From a plasmid, in the sequence record NZ_CP118102.1: DNA of 64,000 nucleotides; one strand, 5' to 3'. Below the pieces are notes generated by a model, which saw only the letters and a program-made list of their open reading frames with translations, was not told the DNA's origin and did no database searches. The position numbers and the translations under genes were made by a program. Position 1 is the stretch's first letter; each line of letters starts with the position of its first letter. Shown in pieces: positions 39,458 to 49,784 of this stretch.

Positions 39458-39980
39458 AATTCATATAGATCTTTGGCACATCCCCGCTGTTACCTACCAA
39501 TATAAAATCTTGCATTATAGTTGACATCGTTCGATTTTTATTTTTGACAGAAACGGTAATAAAATCATTTAGTGCGAGCTTATATTTTCTTGAATCGTTG
39601 TCTGCAGGAATATTAGTTTCTGGAAAAAGAACCTTCATGATTTCTTCGGTATAATGACCTTCATAATATGTATCAAAAGAGTTTTGGAATGTTGCTGGAT
39701 TTGCTGGGTCTGAATAGACAGGATTATACTTTTTGTGCATGTGCTCTAACGTTACGTCGTACACATTCCCTGTCTCCCCAAGTTTCTTATTAAACTGCAG
39801 ATACATCTCAGGTGAGATATATCCTTTCGTTCTTACTGCGTCTACAAATTCGGTAACTGTCTGATGGACTACAGTTTGAATCTGGTTATCATGACGTACC
39901 GTGGACTGATACAATGGATACAACATCATTAATATCAGAGCAATAAATCCAGCTACAAGTTTAGAAAATATGTCCATCAA
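39426..39980 (-). CDS. N-terminally anchored small protein (pilin-like accessory)
   Basis: MMDIFSKLVAGFIALILMMLYPLY anchor; overlaps the neighbouring genes. Confidence 0.3.
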   Translation of the reverse strand: MMDIFSKLVAGFIALILMMLYPLYQSTVRHDNQIQTVVHQTVTEFVDAVRTKGYISPEMYLQFNKKLGETGNVYDVTLEHMHKKYNPVYSDPANPATFQNSFDTYYEGHYTEEIMKVLFPETNIPADNDSRKYKLALNDFITVSVKNKNRTMSTIMQDFILVGNSGDVPKIYMNYGGMVLNEDY

Positions 39981-39988
39981 TTCATCCC

Positions 39989-40411
39989 CTAGTTAAAAAT
40001 GATCTTTGTTAATTCGCCTTTAGTATTTCTCTCATACACAACGCTATATGATTTATTGGGATCGATGTGAGAAACATCGGTATTATCAATAGTCAAATTT
40101 TTAGTAAAAAGTATGTCTTCAACTTCAATGTCTGCGTTGATTTCTTGAATTCGAAAGATACTGTAAATGACTTGTGCTCCAGAATATAATTCCTCGCCAA
40201 CCTCTTGAATTGTACTGAATACGCGATGATCTTCATTGGCTCGGACCTGAGGCAAATTGTTTGTACTTTGTTCTTGCGAAACTAGTCCCCAGAGTGCAAA
40301 AGATGCTGCAGATATAAAGATTAATATTGCAGTTGCTAAAGAAATGGAAGTTTCGGTATTCTCATTCATGAACAAGATCTCCCTTAATTTTATGGGAGGG
40401 ATTCCCTTCAA
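39989..40411 (-). CDS. Pilin-like small protein with an N-terminal hydrophobic segment
   Basis: A charged leader, then SISLATAILIFISAASFALWGLV. Confidence 0.3.
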   Translation of the reverse strand: MKGIPPIKLREILFMNENTETSISLATAILIFISAASFALWGLVSQEQSTNNLPQVRANEDHRVFSTIQEVGEELYSGAQVIYSIFRIQEINADIEVEDILFTKNLTIDNTDVSHIDPNKSYSVVYERNTKGELTKIIFN

Positions 40412-40442
40412 GAGCCTAGGAATCCCATGTAATATCTTTTAA

Positions 40443-40901
40443 TCATCCTTGAGTAAAAATGATTCCGCGTACGACATTGTTCTTATCGTAAACAACTTTA
40501 GAGTAGAACTTTCCGGATGGGTTGATATAGTTGCTGCTTGTTTGATCTTGTGCAGTGGTAATACTAATATTTTTTGTATCTCCTACGATTTCACCAGCAG
40601 CATTAAATGCATTTCCGTAAGTCATACTTCCACCTTTACCTGTAACTACTGTTAATCCAAATTGATCTTGGTTCATATACTGACGCACAGCATTCAATAC
40701 TTGGCTACCAGTCATGGACGAATTATCGTAGTTGTTGTACTCCGATTGTGATAATGTTTGTTGAATTCCTGTCATTTTTTCTTGGCCAGTTTTCGCTCCT
40801 GCTTGGAAGACACCGAAAAGTAAAACTACCAATGTAATTAGTGCGATTGTCAGCATTATACCTCCGGATAATCGCAATCCGGTATTTGTTGATTCTTCCA
40901 T
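40443..40901 (-). CDS. Pilin-like protein (candidate major subunit of the Tad-like filament)
   Basis: Leader MEESTNTGLRLSGG, then a 20-aa hydrophobic helix. Located immediately downstream of the TadBC-like gene. Confidence 0.35.
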   Translation of the reverse strand: MEESTNTGLRLSGGIMLTIALITLVVLLFGVFQAGAKTGQEKMTGIQQTLSQSEYNNYDNSSMTGSQVLNAVRQYMNQDQFGLTVVTGKGGSMTYGNAFNAAGEIVGDTKNISITTAQDQTSSNYINPSGKFYSKVVYDKNNVVRGIIFTQG

Positions 40902-40919
40902 TTTCTCTCTTCCCTTCGG

Positions 40920-42962
40920 CTAAATATTCATTATTTGTTGCATCGTCTGATCCATTTGTCCAATGGATACATAAATCATAGGAAACAATAGGTATAAAAA
41001 GATCAGCAGATATGCAGGTGCCCAACCACAAATTCTTCCCCACACAACTTTTTTACTAATGAGTCGATTCATGCGATCAATCTTTTGTTCCCTATGAAAC
41101 TCTTGCTCCATTTCCAAATCATCAAAAGCCTCAATAAGTGGTATCTTTTCAAGTGCCAGCTGCAGTCGATTAACGATTCTCACAAATGAGATAAACGGTG
41201 CATCATCTTTAAGTTCTTCAAGTGCCCTTTCTGGACCACTGTCAAAGTTAGCGATGCACTTCCGTAGTGTGGGCTTAAATATTATGCTATATCTCTCCAT
41301 CCATTCGAGGATTGACTGCACATTCATTCGTTCAAATTGACTAAGAATAGAAATCACCACATGGAATTGATCTACTTCATTTTGAATTTCCATGATTCTC
41401 ATCTTTCTCTGGAATTGAGTCAACCATAGTGGAATGAAGAATCCGATACAGGCACCACCGATAGCAATGAGCAGCTCCCACCACCTAAAGTACTGATTGT
41501 TGAGAACTTCTATTTTCTCAATGATCCTGGTCACGGTATTATTTAAAGCAGCGCTTTCTGATGGAGCATCTGGCATTAATATTACCCTTTCTAAAACTGC
41601 TTCCCTGGTAAGAGTATCAGCCCCTTTCAAGTCACGAATTAGTGCATTATCAAAGTCTGTAAGTTCTTTTCCTCTTAATTTTTCTTCATCCGTCATGTAG
41701 CCCATCAAGTGTGATGCCTCTGTTGTTAGATTGGTATAAATTTGATGACTTGTATTCCAATGAAGAAAAAAGGAAAGCACGATGACCCCGATAAAGCAGG
41801 TCAAACTCACAACTATTCGTTGTATATAGAACCACTCAATCGTAAGTGGTGAGTTTGATTCTTTTAATAAAAGCGTTACTTCATAATGTTTTCTTGTTCT
41901 TTTAGAAGGTACAACACGGTCAATAATCCAACTTACACCAGGCCATTCATATACATGCTTCTCCCAATTTCGTCTAGATGTGGTCGTCATGTATCTTGAT
42001 TCCTCAATCTCACTAATCTTGCGGACAAGCAAATAGAAAATAATGCACGCTGAATAAATGATTATCCGCAAAATATAGCCAATATTTCCGGAGTAAAATT
42101 GATTCATAATCGGGAAGTAAGTTGTTGCCCAGGTTTCAATCGGAAAAGTGAGGAGAATCGGTAATAATGCGAACAAAGACAAGTTACTAAGCTTATAACT
42201 TAGACGTCTTCTTCTTAGGACATCATCCCTGATCTCTCGAACCAGCTTGCTTAGAGCATTAAGAAACATAGATCCCTTAGAAACCAAACGGTCACCGTAC
42301 TCCATTACTAAAAATGAGACACCAGCGAACATTTTTAAGTACCTATTAGGAACTACTGTATAGAAAGCTTCAAGGTCTTTCTTAGGATCTTTTGCAGTGA
42401 GTATCTCATGAATACGCTCCGCCTGAAGTTTCATATCATGAGGGGAACGTTGTGCCCCTTGGTAAATCGCTTCATCAACCAATTTCAATTCTTGATAGTC
42501 ATGACGAACTTCTTCAAGATAATTTACTAACTGTACAAGGAGCCGATCTTCAACACGCTTGACAAAAACATTAATGAGTAAAGTATTAAGAACGATAACA
42601 CCCATGATTGAAAAGAGGACCATTACAAGGTTTTTACTGAAGATAGCCATAAGCGCAATTACAAGAAAGGAAATGGCAAGAACCTTCAGTGTAATCCGCA
42701 TTGTCTCTCTTCTCAGTGTAAGCTCGTCATAAGGATTAATGGTTGCGAGACGAAACCGAACCTGTCTGATGAGTTTACCTAGAACAGGTAATTTCGATAA
42801 CTCAACGTAAGACTTCTGATAGAACACGAGAAGTCTCTTATTGCTCTCCTTCTTAGACCCAAATGTCGATGTCTTATTTTTTCGAACTGAGACATAGTGG
42901 TAAACGCTTGATAAGACTAAAGCTATCAAACAAATAATCAACAATATTTGGATGTTAATCAT
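40920..42962 (-). CDS. Polytopic membrane protein, probable fused TadB-TadC (two T2SS-F-like modules)
   Basis: 680 aa, about twice TadB length, with two TM clusters separated by cytoplasmic helical domains. Overlaps the upstream ATPase gene by 8 nt. Confidence 0.45.
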   Translation of the reverse strand: MINIQILLIICLIALVLSSVYHYVSVRKNKTSTFGSKKESNKRLLVFYQKSYVELSKLPVLGKLIRQVRFRLATINPYDELTLRRETMRITLKVLAISFLVIALMAIFSKNLVMVLFSIMGVIVLNTLLINVFVKRVEDRLLVQLVNYLEEVRHDYQELKLVDEAIYQGAQRSPHDMKLQAERIHEILTAKDPKKDLEAFYTVVPNRYLKMFAGVSFLVMEYGDRLVSKGSMFLNALSKLVREIRDDVLRRRRLSYKLSNLSLFALLPILLTFPIETWATTYFPIMNQFYSGNIGYILRIIIYSACIIFYLLVRKISEIEESRYMTTTSRRNWEKHVYEWPGVSWIIDRVVPSKRTRKHYEVTLLLKESNSPLTIEWFYIQRIVVSLTCFIGVIVLSFFLHWNTSHQIYTNLTTEASHLMGYMTDEEKLRGKELTDFDNALIRDLKGADTLTREAVLERVILMPDAPSESAALNNTVTRIIEKIEVLNNQYFRWWELLIAIGGACIGFFIPLWLTQFQRKMRIMEIQNEVDQFHVVISILSQFERMNVQSILEWMERYSIIFKPTLRKCIANFDSGPERALEELKDDAPFISFVRIVNRLQLALEKIPLIEAFDDLEMEQEFHREQKIDRMNRLISKKVVWGRICGWAPAYLLIFLYLLFPMIYVSIGQMDQTMQQIMNI

Positions 42963-44856
42963 AACTTACATGCCCCCAATGTTTGTTTAGGAAGGCTTTG
43001 AAATCACTTGCATCCTTAGGAGGCATAATCGCAAGCATTTGCTGTACTTTTTCCTTGGATAGAGGCTCACCAGCTACATATTTACCGTCCAGGTACTCTA
43101 CAATGTTACGATCTTTCCATACGCGTCCTGTTTTCCGCAGGAGTTCCTCTTTTTTAATTGCTATAAGTGCATCCATCTTGGACTCGAGAGTATCTCCGGA
43201 CTTGATCTCTAGAAGTTCTGAGTCATCATGCTCTTGATAAATACATTCAGTTATACGTTCAATATAACGGTGACCAGTGTTGCTTCTTTCAACATGGACA
43301 TCCAACTCAATGACTTTAGCCACCTGCTCTTCAGCAGTTTTTTGATCCGTAGCTGCTTGAGTGTTAATTAATGAATTTCGCAATGACCACATAAGGTCTC
43401 TAAAAGTTTTGGCATGGTGAGTAAAAACCGTAAATAAACTTGCGACTTGTCCCATCTTAATCATCCATGCAGCCACCTCATCAGTAGCGACTTCTCCTAA
43501 TAGATTGACGGTTCCATCTGTTTTCTTCTGCAAATCAAGGCCTTGTTGACCAGTTATATAGTCCGTTTCACGAAATGCGATTGTATTCCGCTGTGGATAC
43601 AGTTTCCGCAGGTTAAGTTCAAAAGCCATTTCTTGAATGCGTAAGTTATATACTGCTGGGATATACTTGACTGCTGCCATCATAAGAGACGTTTTACCAG
43701 AACCTTGTGGTCCAGTAATAGCAGTAATGCGAGCACCTTTCATTAGAAACTTCATCAACTCTCTAGGGAGCTCTGCATTTTCTGCTGTTTCATCTGATAT
43801 CAGATTTTCTAAAGACATGTTTGGAAGGTCAAATTTTCGAACCCAGAATGCCCAGCTTTCTGAAAAAGGCGGTCGGACTACAACAACCCGCGAACCATCT
43901 TTCAACTCATTTACTTTGAAACCTGTCTGTTCTGTCATTTGACTCGGATTGTCATATTTATAGATGTTGTTGACGATTCTCTTTAGCTCCAACTCAGAAT
44001 TAAAACTGAGAAAAGATAAATGAATTGATTTTCCTTTATAGAAAATCCATACACTTTCGTATCCGTGGTGTTTAATTTTTTTCATAGAGTTCATCAAATC
44101 CACTTCATCATCAAGCAGCTGCATTGAGCTAGGCACACCGGAAACCCCACCAGAAACGCCATCAACTCTCATGTTAAGGATGTCATCAATAACACCATAT
44201 CCTTTGTACTGTGAGTACACTCTCTGAACCACAACACTCAATCTATCCTGGAAATCCAGTTTAGTGTTCGCAAGTTCTGTCTTAAAGACCTTATTGATTT
44301 CTTCACTTGTGATAATGTAAGATTCTGTCGTTCCGTCTTCAATTTCTGATTTTAATTCATCGAGTTGATACTGACTTATCAGCTGCTCCAGTCCCTTAAA
44401 TCCGAACTTCTTTTTATATAAATGAAGAAGGATATCAAACTTATCTTGATCACTTAATTTTTTGGGATCATTAAATGGGATGATCCAGTTAATATTCTCT
44501 TCATTGATCCCATACTTCCGTTCAAGTAGATCGTATATGTATTGCTTGAGATATACTTTCTCTTGAATATCACCGGTATTCGCGTTTTTAAGGGCTTTTT
44601 CCAGTTCCACTACTATTGCTTTTCGTCGTTCATACTCTTCATCAGATAAACCTAAATCCAGTAAATTCGTATTGATAAAATCACTTATCGTCCTTTTTAC
44701 AAAGCCGAGTATCTGATCGATTTCATATCGTTTCCTGTCCATTTCATCTTTTTTAGATACTTGCTGGACGGGTTTGCGTCGTAATTTTAAAGTCAAAAAC
44801 AATATAAGACCGATCAAAATGAGGACGATAATCAGATAGTTTAAAGTCGTCCCCAT
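42955..44856 (-). CDS. CpaF/TadA-type (VirB11 superfamily) secretion ATPase with an N-terminal membrane anchor
   Basis: Walker A ITGPQGSGKTS, RIQEMAFEL (Asp box-like), and LGEVATDE...TVFTHHAKT (Walker B/His box). N-terminal TM LIIVLILIGLILFLTL. Confidence 0.65.
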   Translation of the reverse strand: MGTTLNYLIIVLILIGLILFLTLKLRRKPVQQVSKKDEMDRKRYEIDQILGFVKRTISDFINTNLLDLGLSDEEYERRKAIVVELEKALKNANTGDIQEKVYLKQYIYDLLERKYGINEENINWIIPFNDPKKLSDQDKFDILLHLYKKKFGFKGLEQLISQYQLDELKSEIEDGTTESYIITSEEINKVFKTELANTKLDFQDRLSVVVQRVYSQYKGYGVIDDILNMRVDGVSGGVSGVPSSMQLLDDEVDLMNSMKKIKHHGYESVWIFYKGKSIHLSFLSFNSELELKRIVNNIYKYDNPSQMTEQTGFKVNELKDGSRVVVVRPPFSESWAFWVRKFDLPNMSLENLISDETAENAELPRELMKFLMKGARITAITGPQGSGKTSLMMAAVKYIPAVYNLRIQEMAFELNLRKLYPQRNTIAFRETDYITGQQGLDLQKKTDGTVNLLGEVATDEVAAWMIKMGQVASLFTVFTHHAKTFRDLMWSLRNSLINTQAATDQKTAEEQVAKVIELDVHVERSNTGHRYIERITECIYQEHDDSELLEIKSGDTLESKMDALIAIKKEELLRKTGRVWKDRNIVEYLDGKYVAGEPLSKEKVQQMLAIMPPKDASDFKAFLNKHWGHVSYD

Positions 44857-45698
44857 TAAGACACTCCTTTCTCAATACTTTTAATCTTTGTGTTGACTCC
44901 TACTTCCGTAAGAATGAATTCCGCTGCTCTACGTACTTCCTGCATGAAGTAATAATTATCATGATTTCTTGTGATGTATCGATTTTTCATGAAGAATCCC
45001 TTTATATCTCCATCATTGTAGTGATCTCTGAAATTAGTATTGTAAGGAATTGAGAGAATTGGACCTTTGTAACGGTATTTATTGGCTATGTTTTTAATTT
45101 TGTATTTTGATTCAACGTCATACTGACCAACCATCAAAACGTGAGGCTTGTTATGCAGTTCCTCAGGCCAGTAGGTTTTACTTTCAAAGTACTTTTCTAA
45201 AACATTTATGTTCTGGTTAACACATACAACTATTAGATCCGAACTCTGAAGCATGGCTTTTCCTACTTCGCTATTCGTTCCACTATGAAGATCTAGCAGC
45301 ATGGCATCATAATAAGTGCTTGCCTTCTCATATATAATTTTCAATACATCCGTCGATTCTTCAAATTGTGTTTGGTTAGGTTTTCCACTATTCTTCAAGA
45401 AATCAAGGCGATCCCTTTCAATGAATAACGAGTTGTTCCTGATGGAATCATTTTGTAACTTGCCTGAACGGACAGCTCGCTCTAAAGCATCAATACCAAT
45501 TCCTGTGAAATCAAAAAATTCTGGATTAGATTGTTGCAAAGCCTTTCGGAAAGCCTGTTCTAAGGTGACGTCGGACCATTGAGGCTGCGAACAAAGAGTT
45601 CGGATCTGATATTCCATTCCAACCAGTGCTGCTATCGCAGCGGTATTACTTGTAACTCCTAAGCCATGCTGGTATCCCCAAAATACAATTTGCCCCAT
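44856..45698 (-). CDS. Degenerate ParA/MinD-like NTPase-fold protein
   Basis: VFWGYQHGLGVTSNTAAIAAL resembles a decayed deviant Walker A. DLHSG is Walker B-like. Confidence 0.35.
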   Translation of the reverse strand: MGQIVFWGYQHGLGVTSNTAAIAALVGMEYQIRTLCSQPQWSDVTLEQAFRKALQQSNPEFFDFTGIGIDALERAVRSGKLQNDSIRNNSLFIERDRLDFLKNSGKPNQTQFEESTDVLKIIYEKASTYYDAMLLDLHSGTNSEVGKAMLQSSDLIVVCVNQNINVLEKYFESKTYWPEELHNKPHVLMVGQYDVESKYKIKNIANKYRYKGPILSIPYNTNFRDHYNDGDIKGFFMKNRYITRNHDNYYFMQEVRRAAEFILTEVGVNTKIKSIEKGVS

Positions 45699-45700
45699 CC

Positions 45701-46381
45701 TTAACCTCTCCTTTCAGTTTGCTTCCATAGATTTAAAGTTTCTTTTGGGCTCTGCTCAAGAATTCGTGATACGATTGACCTGATCACATCTTTGTATGGT
45801 CCTGAAATCCCCTTAAGTTTTACCGTACTGGAGAATTGATTATTGGTTTTTCTTGTTAAGTCACGCTCGTCCGGATAGTAAGTCAAAGTATCCTCCCAAT
45901 GGATAGGGTGTCTTTCTAAGAGATCATTAAGATAGGACTCGTTATGAGTACCATTGACCTCAAATAATACTTTAGTAAAAGGGTAGAGCTCAGAAATCAT
46001 CTTTTCTTGGAAGTATGATTGAAGGAGCTTTGCATTACTCTGCATAACCGGATTCTCAAATGAAGAGACCAAGTAGTACATGTCGGCTAACGGCCAATTT
46101 CTCAGGGCCTCTTCATTTTCTGCATCTATTAGTACGATATCGTACTCACCTTTTTTTAGATGCACTTCCAAATCACTGTAGCTTTTTAATCCTTCAGCAA
46201 CATCAAAGTGATCATACTCCTGAAGAGTAGTATTCATCTCCACTTTCGGATAGGCATGCATATATCTACTAGTTAATGTGCAGTCAGCTATCAAAACTCT
46301 CTTCACTTGTGATACTAGCTTGGCAATGTAAAACAACAGATCAGTTTTATCGTAATTTCCTACAAAGAGAATATGCTTCAT
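45701..46381 (-). CDS. Hypothetical protein in the Tad-like operon
   Basis: 226 aa. Weak ParA-like N-terminus (ILFVGNYDKTDLLFYIA). No confident motif. Confidence 0.3.
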   Translation of the reverse strand: MKHILFVGNYDKTDLLFYIAKLVSQVKRVLIADCTLTSRYMHAYPKVEMNTTLQEYDHFDVAEGLKSYSDLEVHLKKGEYDIVLIDAENEEALRNWPLADMYYLVSSFENPVMQSNAKLLQSYFQEKMISELYPFTKVLFEVNGTHNESYLNDLLERHPIHWEDTLTYYPDERDLTRKTNNQFSSTVKLKGISGPYKDVIRSIVSRILEQSPKETLNLWKQTERRG

Positions 46382-46390
46382 AACTGCCTC

Positions 46391-47374
46391 CTACTCTGTT
46401 ACCGTAGCATCAACTGGGACACTCACATTGTTATCTGTGAAAACAGCTTCTGAGTTTTGGGGAGTTTGCTGCTGATCGAGCAATGAATTCCCCGTAACTG
46501 TTGAGGTCTCAGCTACCTCTTCAGTTTCCTTCTTGGTTCCGTTCTTGCCGTTACTATAATCCTGTCTTTGCTTCTCAGTCATAGATTGCAAATCACTTTC
46601 AAGCTTCTGACGATATCTTCGTTCTAGCTCCGTTGTTGCAACATCTATAATATTGGGATCAGAATCGATCAAATCTAAGACCTTTTCATTAGCAGGGTAC
46701 GTAATAGCAGCCTCATTTTGCATGTGTGGATCCACATAGGTTAATGCGTAAATTGTGGCATCATTGATATAAGCGTCCACAATGGCACTAGACATTGTTA
46801 AGATTTCTTGCTCGTCCATCTCATACCAAATGGTTCCATTGGCTAAGTCTTTAACTTTTTTCTTGGATAGTACTATGTAGTCTTGGCCTGTTGGAAACTT
46901 AACGCGGACATCGACAAATTCATCCTTCTCCAGTTTGCTTGGAAGCTCGATAAGGCGAAACTCTTGGTTTCTCAAATCATCAGGTGTTATTCCATCTTCA
47001 TAAAGCATCGAGTCGGTGATAGGTGTATTCTTTTTCAAATTAATCTTTGTGTACTTTCCTACAATATCATTAGCATGCATAACGTTTTCTGGTACTGCTC
47101 TTTTCGGAACATTTATGGTTACAAGGTCCGATTCATGTAGAATATCACCAGCCTCGTAATCGTCTGCAGCTACCTGAACGGCTATTGTTTCTTCTTCTAA
47201 CTGCATTTGTGCAAAGTCACGTTGCTCCTCAAGAATGTTTCTTTCAGTTTCGTTTTTACCCTCGATGTGTTTGAAATAGAAGTAGCCGATTGTAACACAA
47301 ATCAGTAGTACAACAATTCCGCCGATGGAGCCGGCTAAAATCAATTGTTTTTGGCGAAATCTTATTTTTGACAT
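46391..47374 (-). CDS. CpaB/RcpC-like pilus assembly protein (SAF domain) with an N-terminal TM
   Basis: TM anchor, then a SAF-like segment (AGDILHESDLVTINVPKRAVPENVMHANDIVGKYTKINLKKNTPI). Confidence 0.45.
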   Translation of the reverse strand: MSKIRFRQKQLILAGSIGGIVVLLICVTIGYFYFKHIEGKNETERNILEEQRDFAQMQLEEETIAVQVAADDYEAGDILHESDLVTINVPKRAVPENVMHANDIVGKYTKINLKKNTPITDSMLYEDGITPDDLRNQEFRLIELPSKLEKDEFVDVRVKFPTGQDYIVLSKKKVKDLANGTIWYEMDEQEILTMSSAIVDAYINDATIYALTYVDPHMQNEAAITYPANEKVLDLIDSDPNIIDVATTELERRYRQKLESDLQSMTEKQRQDYSNGKNGTKKETEEVAETSTVTGNSLLDQQQTPQNSEAVFTDNNVSVPVDATVTE

Positions 47375-47411
47375 GAATTTTCTCCCTTCATCTCATAACT
47401 GCCGTTCAAAA

Positions 47412-48797
47412 TTAGTCCTGAAAGAATGTCTGCATCTTCTTTTTAAGTAGTGAGAGTCGTTGATGTTGGTGCAGCTTCAATATTTCCTCTAATGTTGAGT
47501 TAACTACCTTATCCTTCTGATATGGATCTGTTTGAAACGGCAAAGAATGTATTTTCCTCTTTGGTAATTTTTTTCTTATATCATCAACCGTCTGTTTTGA
47601 AGCCATAGGAACGCACAATTTCCACCTGCTTTGATCAAGGTCAATTTGTTCCTCAAAGAAGTTCATAATGTCTTTCTGTTTCCATTCACTTCCTGACCCA
47701 ACGACGATGGATATATTTGCTCGTAAAAATTCTTCATAGCAATAACTTTCTTGATAGGCTCCCATATCAATAATGATGAAAGCGTAATTTCCTGAGTGAT
47801 AATGATAAAGTTTAAGATCCTTGACGGACTTAGCATATCTAACTCCGTCAATTGTAAATGTTGGATTTTTGAGTATTGTTGGATTATCTATACCTTCATA
47901 GGCAGCTTCAATTTCTACAAAATCGTTTGAATCGTTTGCTTCTATTAAAAGAACAGGATAATTTTCACTCGCTAGATAGTTAGCTAGCATAATGGCAGTA
48001 TGAGTACAACCGACACCACTTTTTACACCAGTTACTGCAATTACAGCTGTTCCAACAAACCTTTCTTTTTTACGCTTAACATTTTTTTGTAGTACAGGAG
48101 CAAAATCAAGTTCCTCTGTACGAATAACATCTAGATTTTTTTGCTTTTTTCCTTCGATAATCGCCTTTTTCTTCTCATCTATCTTTTCAAATAACTTGGC
48201 ACTTGTTTCAGAGATTTGACGACTAAATTCTTTTGCAGATTCACTAAATCGGGAAACTGGTTGATTGTCTAAAGAAGCATTCTCAAGAGATCCATCTTCC
48301 TTCTCAGTTGTTTCATCAGAGATTATTTCAACTTCAGTAGTGAATGTCTCTTCCTGGTATTCTTCCTTGCCTTCATCAAGTTTCTCACCAAAGCAATTCT
48401 CCTGAGGGTTCTTTAGTACAGGAACTCGAACGCTATGTCCTAAGGCTTCAAGGATTCTTACTTCAACAATTCCGGGTTCAAGATCCATATAATTAAGGCA
48501 AGTAATACCTTCATCCATTAAGCTTGAAATCAATTCATCATCTTCTCGATGGTAAATCAGCATAATTGTTGAACCAGGACGCTCAATTCGTATCTTCGCT
48601 ACGAGTCGCTTAAATGCATCGTCAGACCGTATAACATTCTCCATGAAGACAACAATATTTGATTCAATTGACTCCCACTGAGGAACAAAGAAATCTAAAG
48701 AATCAATTGTTCTGACTATTCTCCCAATATCACTAAGCTCATCAGCAAACCATTCTGCTTCATCCCTATCCGGGGTAGCTAAGAATATTCGATTCAT
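47412..48797 (-). CDS. CpaE/TadZ-like ParA-family ATPase with an N-terminal receiver-like domain
   Basis: A pseudo-receiver N-domain, then AVTGVKSGVGCTHTAIMLANYLA (deviant Walker A) and IIDMGA (Walker B). Confidence 0.5.
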   Translation of the reverse strand: MNRIFLATPDRDEAEWFADELSDIGRIVRTIDSLDFFVPQWESIESNIVVFMENVIRSDDAFKRLVAKIRIERPGSTIMLIYHREDDELISSLMDEGITCLNYMDLEPGIVEVRILEALGHSVRVPVLKNPQENCFGEKLDEGKEEYQEETFTTEVEIISDETTEKEDGSLENASLDNQPVSRFSESAKEFSRQISETSAKLFEKIDEKKKAIIEGKKQKNLDVIRTEELDFAPVLQKNVKRKKERFVGTAVIAVTGVKSGVGCTHTAIMLANYLASENYPVLLIEANDSNDFVEIEAAYEGIDNPTILKNPTFTIDGVRYAKSVKDLKLYHYHSGNYAFIIIDMGAYQESYCYEEFLRANISIVVGSGSEWKQKDIMNFFEEQIDLDQSRWKLCVPMASKQTVDDIRKKLPKRKIHSLPFQTDPYQKDKVVNSTLEEILKLHQHQRLSLLKKKMQTFFQD

Positions 48798-48863
48798 TTA
48801 CAACCCCCTGTATTCCTGTATATATATCAATTTATTAATATACAAACATGAAATGAAAGCTTG

Positions 48864-49772
48864 TTAGCTAAGATTATAGTATTGCTTCTCCTCATTCTGA
48901 AATATGAAAAAGCTTGTTTTGAGATTTTTCTGATGGTTGTACAGATCATTATCAGTTAGAAACCAAACATAATCTGAAATACCTTCTTGCATGATAAGCT
49001 TTTGTGCTAAAGTGGCCTTCTCTTCAGTAGAGAGAAGTAAGATGAGTATGCCACCACCTTCAGTACTTTTAAGAAAGTTTTTGTAGAACTGAGCTTGATA
49101 TCTTAAGGTTTTCAACCATTTCTCGTCTTCGCGATGAACAACCAAGTAGAATGAAAGCATTTTCCCCTTTGGAGTTCGAAGTATATAACGAGCCATGGGT
49201 ATTTGTTGTTCTTCTTCAATTTTTAAAATAGGATGAAATTCAAAGTGTGTCATTTTGAAATTCTCTCGAAGTTGAATATACAACTCGTTAGTCACTGAAT
49301 ATTTCATTCGATATAGCATGGTCATAGGCCGTGTAGCCCTCGGATCTCTATTACCTAACACTAAGCCGTATCGATATTTCAATACATCAGCACCGCTAGC
49401 ACCTAACTCATAAAAACTCTGACGATTCTCACTCGGACTTGAATAAGTTTTCCATTGAATGCGCCGAATCATTCCATATTTCAACAGCTTACGAACTCTC
49501 TTTTTAACTGTTTCCTCTCTCTCTGCTTCAGGAAAGAAAATTCTTTGTAATTGAGATAGCGTAATCCAGCGGTGTACAAAAAGAAATCTTACAATTTCAA
49601 TATCCCTGTCTGTGATCCAACCATTTTTTATTTTTTCTTCGATGTAATAAAACTCATGTCTTGTTAGCTGATCCATCCCTGTAACGTACGCATATGGATC
49701 ATCCCAAATCGGTTTTGGTTGGAGTGTCGGTTCTTCCGCTGAATCTAACAACGGAGACACTTGAAATTCCAT
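48864..49772 (-). CDS. Replication-relaxation family protein (Replic_Relax-like wHTH)
   Basis: LTRHEFYYIEEKIKNGWITDRDIEIVRFLFVHRWITLSQLQRIFF...KKRVRKLLKYGMIRR, the pattern of plasmid replication-relaxation proteins. Confidence 0.5.
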   Translation of the reverse strand: MEFQVSPLLDSAEEPTLQPKPIWDDPYAYVTGMDQLTRHEFYYIEEKIKNGWITDRDIEIVRFLFVHRWITLSQLQRIFFPEAEREETVKKRVRKLLKYGMIRRIQWKTYSSPSENRQSFYELGASGADVLKYRYGLVLGNRDPRATRPMTMLYRMKYSVTNELYIQLRENFKMTHFEFHPILKIEEEQQIPMARYILRTPKGKMLSFYLVVHREDEKWLKTLRYQAQFYKNFLKSTEGGGILILLLSTEEKATLAQKLIMQEGISDYVWFLTDNDLYNHQKNLKTSFFIFQNEEKQYYNLS

Positions 49773-49784
49773 ATTACACTCCCC

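Noticed and set aside
38447-48797. Interpretation of the pilus-like operon as a competence (Com) pilus or classical T2SS
   Set aside because: It lacks a ComGA/GspE-type ATPase signature, secretin and ComC-like peptidase. The presence of CpaB-like SAF and CpaE-like ParA proteins points to Tad-type.
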